Shown here in pieces: positions 52,666 through 57,988 of a stretch of 57,988 nt of DNA. The DNA comes from Chiloscyllium plagiosum. Lineage: Eukaryota. Each line of letters begins with the position of its first letter. Position 1 is the first letter of the stretch. The stretch is from the NCBI RefSeq assembly GCF_004010195.1, contig NC_057745.1:26788231-26846218 (forward strand), in the 5' to 3' direction. Position numbers and translations under genes: made by a program. Under the pieces are notes generated by a model, which ran no database searches, was not told the origin of the DNA, and saw nothing but the letters and a program-made list of their open reading frames with translations.

Positions 52666-55600
52666 ATGGGTGATTTTGTAGTGAGGGGTTTGTTCCCTTT
52701 GTTGGTGTTAGTTGGAGCTGTTTGTTGCTCTGAAACATGGCAACAGTTTCTGAGCCAGAGGTTTCCATGGACAATAGTGAGAGCCAGCCCTGTTCCTGAG
52801 AGAGTGCCTCCTCATGGGGATCCCATTGGTTCTAGTTTCCGAATGTCTGAGGTTGGGAGTGTGTGCCCACTGCAGACTGTGATGGTGCAGTGTGGAGAGC
52901 ACAACCTGCTGGTTAGGGCCCAGCTGGATTTATTTGGAACCAAGCACCTGATTAAAGCTGCTGACCTGACCCTGGGGACAGCAAGTTGTCAGCCAACCAG
53001 GGTCTACCCTGAGAACCAGACTGTCCTCTTTGACTATGGGCTGCATGAGTGTGGCAGCAGATTGCAGGTAATGGGGGTTGTCTACACTTGCTGGAAGTTT
53101 GGGCTGCAGAAGGTTCCTGACTATAACCCTTAATGTGATAATATTGAGGACTAACCTCCTACTCTCAAATCACCAGATGAGGTTCCTCTCCTGGATTGGT
53201 CTGTGCCTGAACTGTTCTCCATCTCTTGCCTTGTGCTCCTATTCTCATTGGTTTAGAAGCCTCTGATTACAGGAGTTGTTCTGTTACAGTGTATGTTGTG
53301 AGTTGGGTATCATGTGGTGGCTTGAGTGGTGTTTTGATACTGTGAATGTTCTCCTGACTTCAGTTAGTGACCTTCTATAGTGTGGCTTTCTCCATTATGA
53401 ATACTTTCCCAATAGTGAGGTCACAGAAACACAGCTCTTTGCAGCATGACTTCTTTATTTTGAAAGAAAGTAGCTCTGTAACCATCAGGCAAATTGTCTT
53501 GACTCCCTCCCACTGGGGGTGCTCGTCTATGAATAAATTGACTGTCCTTGTCCTTGAGGAGCTCCACATTCAGCCCATTGGTAAAACTGTTCTGGTTAAA
53601 TATTTCCTCTATTCTTCCCATCTCGTGCACACTGTTTTATTGCCTCACCTTGCTATTAATCTCTCTGCATTCTGCTGGTAATCTGTTTATAATCTGAAGG
53701 TTTCATGATTACACTGGGAGATGATGATGGCTAAAAGATTCCTGGAGCCTCTTCCCTGTGATAACAATCACAACATCCCTGTACCCTCAATATTATCTCT
53801 CATTCAGTCTGGGAGCCCAACACACAACCTCCTTTCGACCAACTTTTGGTTCAGGAATTCTCATCCTGATGTTTGGAACGATGTTATACATAGTTAAATT
53901 GATCCTAAATAACTAACCTGTGAACTATTGCAATTGAATACTGGTTTCTCCAGCTCAGGGTGTGGGAAAGCAGTCTCTTGGCCCTGAGCCTGTTGCACTC
54001 AATAAGGAATTGGTCTAACGGGATGGTGTCATTGCGAACCCTGTGTAGAACCTTCTCATTTCTGATCAGCTCCTCACTCCTTATCCTGGTGTCTTTCAGA
54101 TGACTGGAGATTTCCTGATCTACACCACCCACCTGACCCACATCCCAAACTATCCTGGATCTGTCATTGTGAGAACCAATGGTGCTGTTGTTCCCATTCA
54201 ATGTCGTTATTTGAGGTGAGAATCTTTACTTGATTGTCAATATGATCTCCTGCTGCTATTGTCTGACATTGTCCAAAAATGGCTGCCCTGTCTCCTTCCT
54301 CCAGGAAGGGCAATGTGAGCAGCAATCCCATCAAGCCCACCTGGATCCCATTCAGCTCCACCAGGTCTGGAGAAGGGCATCTGTCATTCTCCCTGCGTCT
54401 AATGAATGGTATGTGATGGGTGGCTGGGGAGGGATCTCCTGGTGTCTCTCTCTGAGTTGTACCCATTGGCTCCAACCCTTGTCTTGCTGTACTTCAGGTG
54501 ACTGGCTGACAGAGCGCACTTCCACTGTCTACTCCCTGGGAGACCTCATTCACATTGAGGCATCTGTATCAATGGCCAACTACGTGCCCCTGAAGCTGTA
54601 CATTGATGGCTGTGTAGCTACACTGAGCCCCGACAAGGACTCCACCCCAAGATACAGCATCATTGACTACAATGGGTAAGGAGCTCTCTGCTTTCTCCAG
54701 CTGCTCCCACCTCAATGGCTTCACTCCATTCACTTGGCCCTTTGTCCATCTGCAGTTGCCTCCTGGACAGCAAAGCTGAGGACTCCTTTTCAACCTTTGT
54801 GTTGCCGAGAGACGGGCGGGAGCCGGACAAGCTCCGGTTTGACCTGGATGCCTTCCGTTTCTATGGAGATGAGCGATCCTTGGTAAGAGGAAGCTGCTGA
54901 TGTGGTTCTCCACCCTGGGGAGGGAGTCACTAAACACTGACTTGTTCTGTGTCCCTCAGATGTTCATCACCTGTTACCTGAGAGTTGCTGCAGTGGATCA
55001 GGGAGATTCCAGGAACAAAGCTTGTACTTTCCAGAAGCTGCAGAATATGTAAGTTCCCTCTCCCTGTCCCTCAGGGATGTTGTTGTTGGGAGAGGTGATG
55101 CATCATGTGGTTGATGGGCTGTTTCTCTTGTTTAGGTGGACCCCATTGGAGGAGTCAGACAGTGACATTTGTGCCTGTTGCCATGTGGGTAACTGTGGGA
55201 GCACAAGGGAGATGCTGTTCCCTTTCAGAGGAAGGAGAGACCTTGTCCCTGAAGCTGGTAGGACATTGACCCTCTAGATGTTGGGAATCCCCACCCCACT
55301 CCCCCCTCTCTGACTGGAATGTTTGATCTTGCAGAGAGTGATGCTGGATTGAAGTGGGAGGGGGAGGCCTCACTTGGCCCCCTGATCATTCTGGATACTG
55401 AGCTGACCAATCTGGCAACTCAGCCCCTGACTGAGGGTGACGGAAGGATGCAGGAGTGGTCTCCAAGTGGTGAGTTGGCTGCCGCCTCGTTTCTCTTTCT
55501 GTCCCTGTTTTCCCTCAGTAACCAGTGGTTTCTCCTTGTTTTGTAGGTGTGGAGTCAGAGCTGGTTGTGATGGTGGTCCTGACTGTGACAGCTGTCTGTC

Positions 55601-55668
55601 TGATCTCTGCTTCATTGCTGGCCTTGTTCCTGTACAGGAGACACAAGCAAACACCCATCAACTGGTGA
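52666..55668 (+). CDS. zp3: Zona pellucida sperm-binding protein 3-like, copy 6, apparently intact (464 aa, 9 exons)
   Basis: Exons 52666-53067, 54100-54215, 54305-54408, 54498-54675, 54756-54882, 54960-55048, 55136-55257, 55335-55469 and 55547-55668 total 1395 nt, GT-AG, in an open frame. It has the 12 ZP3-type Cys, RGRR furin site, EHP (ASLGPLIIL) and TM ([25 protein letters not shown]). An alternative in-frame ATG lies at 52645. Confidence 0.94.
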
Positions 55669-55679
55669 TTGGAATAGTC

Positions 55680-55685
55680 AATAAA
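55680..55685 (+). terminator. Polyadenylation signal of copy 6
   Basis: AATAAA starts 12 nt after the stop, at the same position in all six copies. Confidence 0.8.
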
Positions 55686-55884
55686 GCAGTGATTCATGTC
55701 CTCTGTCTCGCGTTGGTTTAGTTTCTGCATCCTTCCTTAATTTAAACTATTCCTGGGTACAATCTCTAGGTTTAACCTCTCCAATCCGTGAACTGAGTAT
55801 CCTGAATGATTGATTGGGTTCTAGCAGATATTTGCTGTTTCCAGTGAGCAGTTTAGACCACCTTGGATGTATTTGATGTATCAC

Positions 55885-56080
55885 TAACACCATCCCTCTA
55901 ACTTTTGTATTCCCAGCTACTTTTCACCCTGGCCCAAGCCCTTCCCCTTGGATCCCCCTCCCACATTCCTGATGCCAAGCTTATGCTTGAAATGTTGACT
56001 CTCCTGTTCCTCAGATACTGCCTGAGCAGTTGTGCTCTTCCAGCACCATGTTTTGACGGACCTCCACACCTGCAGTCCTC
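55885..56080 (+). mobile_element. Decayed Penelope-associated repeat (paralogues at ~2780-2970 and ~34720-34920 on -)
   Basis: cctgatgccaagcttatgcttgaaatgttgactctcctgttcctcagat...cctgcagtcctc. Confidence 0.6.
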
Positions 56081-56160
56081 CCCCCTCCTTCCTGGTCCAA
56101 TACAGTCAGTTCCAATAAACACCACCCCCTTGATGTGTCTCCTCCAACTGCAACAGCAGG

Positions 56161-56234
56161 AAGAGTATCTTCGCCCCCCTGCCCCACCCTGGATTTTAAG
56201 AGTATCTTCGCCCCCCTGCCCCACCCTGGATTTT
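56161..56234. repeat. Perfect 37-bp tandem duplication
   Basis: aagagtatcttcgcccccctgccccaccctggatttt x2; single copy in the paralogous unit at ~34585-34623. Confidence 0.9.
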
Positions 56235-57988
56235 GTGACTGAGGAGGTGGAGAAAATAGTTGCCACGTCAAGGCCTAAGCAGCAACTGCTGAAAGGTGTT
56301 TCCTGGTTTTCCACAGGTAGCTCCCTGCCTTTGCCTCCACGACTCTCTCCAACCAACCAGGACAAAATATAATTCTTCAAACCATAGCATTGGCACAGGC
56401 TGAAGACTCTGGAAGGAACCTACACTCAGGACTAAAAGCAAAATACTGCACAGGCTGGAAATCTGAAACCACAGAATGCTGGGAAAACTCAGGTGGTCAA
56501 GCAGCATCTGTGGACAGACACTGCTAACTTTTCAAGAGTCACAATCAACATAAAATATGAACGGAGTTTCCACTGCCTCTAAGATTCCTTCCCATGTTAT
56601 CTCTGGCAGCATGGTGGCACAATGGTTAGTGATGGTTTTGATTCCAGCCTTGGATGACTTGGGCGGTTGTGTAGAGTTCTCCCTGTCTCTGTGGGTTTTC
56701 TCCTGCAATCTAAGGATGTGCAGGTTAGGTGAACTGGCTGTGCCAAATTGCCCATTGCATAGGGGTGTGTAGGTTAGGTGCATTAGTCAGGGGTAAATGT
56801 AGAGTAAGGGGGGTGGGTCTGGATGGCTGTTGTGAATGTGGACTTGTTGGACTGAATGGTCTGTTTCCACACTGCAGGGAGTCCATGTTAGTTAAACTCC
56901 TGATCCCTTGACAATAATGGCTATCACTGAGCTATCTGTCTGAGGTTCAGGCTTTTGTCTGCAGGTGGGTGTAACAAGTGACATAATGGTAGTGTTACTG
57001 AGACAGGAATTCAGTGAGTCAGGTTAATCATCTGAGGCTGGGGGCTCAAATCTCATTGTAGTCACTGATGGATTTTTGTGTTCTATCCTTTTTTGAAAAT
57101 ATCTTCTCTTGGTAATTGTGACTGTGTGAAATTAATCTTTTATCGTTCACAATTCCCATGAGGGAAGGAAATCTACCATCTTGACCTGGTCTGGCCTAAA
57201 TGTGACTCCAGACCCACAGCAATGTCACTGATTCTGAAATAGCTGAGCAAACCAATCAAATCAAGGGCAGCTAGGGACAGATTAAAAAAAATCCCAGCCA
57301 AGACAGAGAAGCCACAGCATGTTTAACAGTGAGGGATTGAGCAATGGGAATGTCATGAAGACTGTTATGGTGTGACAGTGAGATTTTCCCTTGTTGCAGA
57401 CAGTCATTGCCTGACAGTTGTGTTGTCTCCGAATGTGAATGTTGTTCAGGTCTTGCTGCATTTGAACAGGGACTGTTTCAGTATCTGTGACGTTGGCAAT
57501 GGGGCTGAACATTGGGCAATCATGAGCAAACATCCCCATTTCTGACATTCTGATGGAGGGAAGGTCTTTGATGGAGCACTTGACATGGTTGTGTCTAAGA
57601 GAGTAACTCTGGCAGAGATGTGCTGGGAATGTGGTGATTGAACATTGATAACTAGAACCATCTTTCTTTCTGCTGGTCATGACGCCAACCAGCAAAGAGG
57701 TTTTCTAATACCATTGAGCCCAATTTTCCTGACCCCTTGGTATATTGCTCAGTCAAATTCTGCCTTGGTCTTAAAGCAGTCACCCTCACTTCCCCTCTTC
57801 AAGTTCAGCTCTTTTATTCATACTTGGGCCAAGCTGTACTGAGATCAGGAGCTGGGTAGCTCTGGTGGAACACAGACTGAGCATCAGTGAACAGGTTAGT
57901 GTAGAGGACATGTGCCTTGATAACACTGTTGACAACACCTTCCATCACTTCGCTTGTGATTGAGTGGATTGGTGGGGGAGGAATTGGC

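Overview
Eukaryotic (vertebrate) DNA, very likely from a shark or other elasmobranch. That is an inference from HE1-type V-SINEs, HER1/CR1 LINEs and Penelope-type repeats. The window holds a cluster of six paralogous 9-exon zona pellucida glycoprotein 3 (ZP3/ZPC)-like genes embedded in duplicated, repeat-rich units of roughly 6-16 kb. Four copies lie on the minus strand and two on the plus strand, head-to-head around an assembly gap at ~40 kb. I reconstructed the exons by hand. Copies 3 (19416-22690) and 6 (52666-55668) encode intact 464-aa proteins with a signal peptide, ZP-N, ZP-C, RGRR furin site, EHP and TM. Copies 1, 2 and 5 are pseudogenes, each broken in a different way. Copy 4 carries an out-of-frame internal duplication of exons 5-7. 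The conserved promoter has a TATA box, clustered inverted CCAAT boxes and an E-box at about -200. The window also contains a decayed class I ERV (pol plus probable 3' LTR), many CR1 and SINE fragments, a Tx1-like 3' end, and Penelope-like elements with minimal hammerhead-ribozyme motifs. There are six N-gaps. I saw no prokaryote-type system, CRISPR array or RNA gene. The main novelty candidate is a lineage-specific, recombining ZP3 birth-and-death array.
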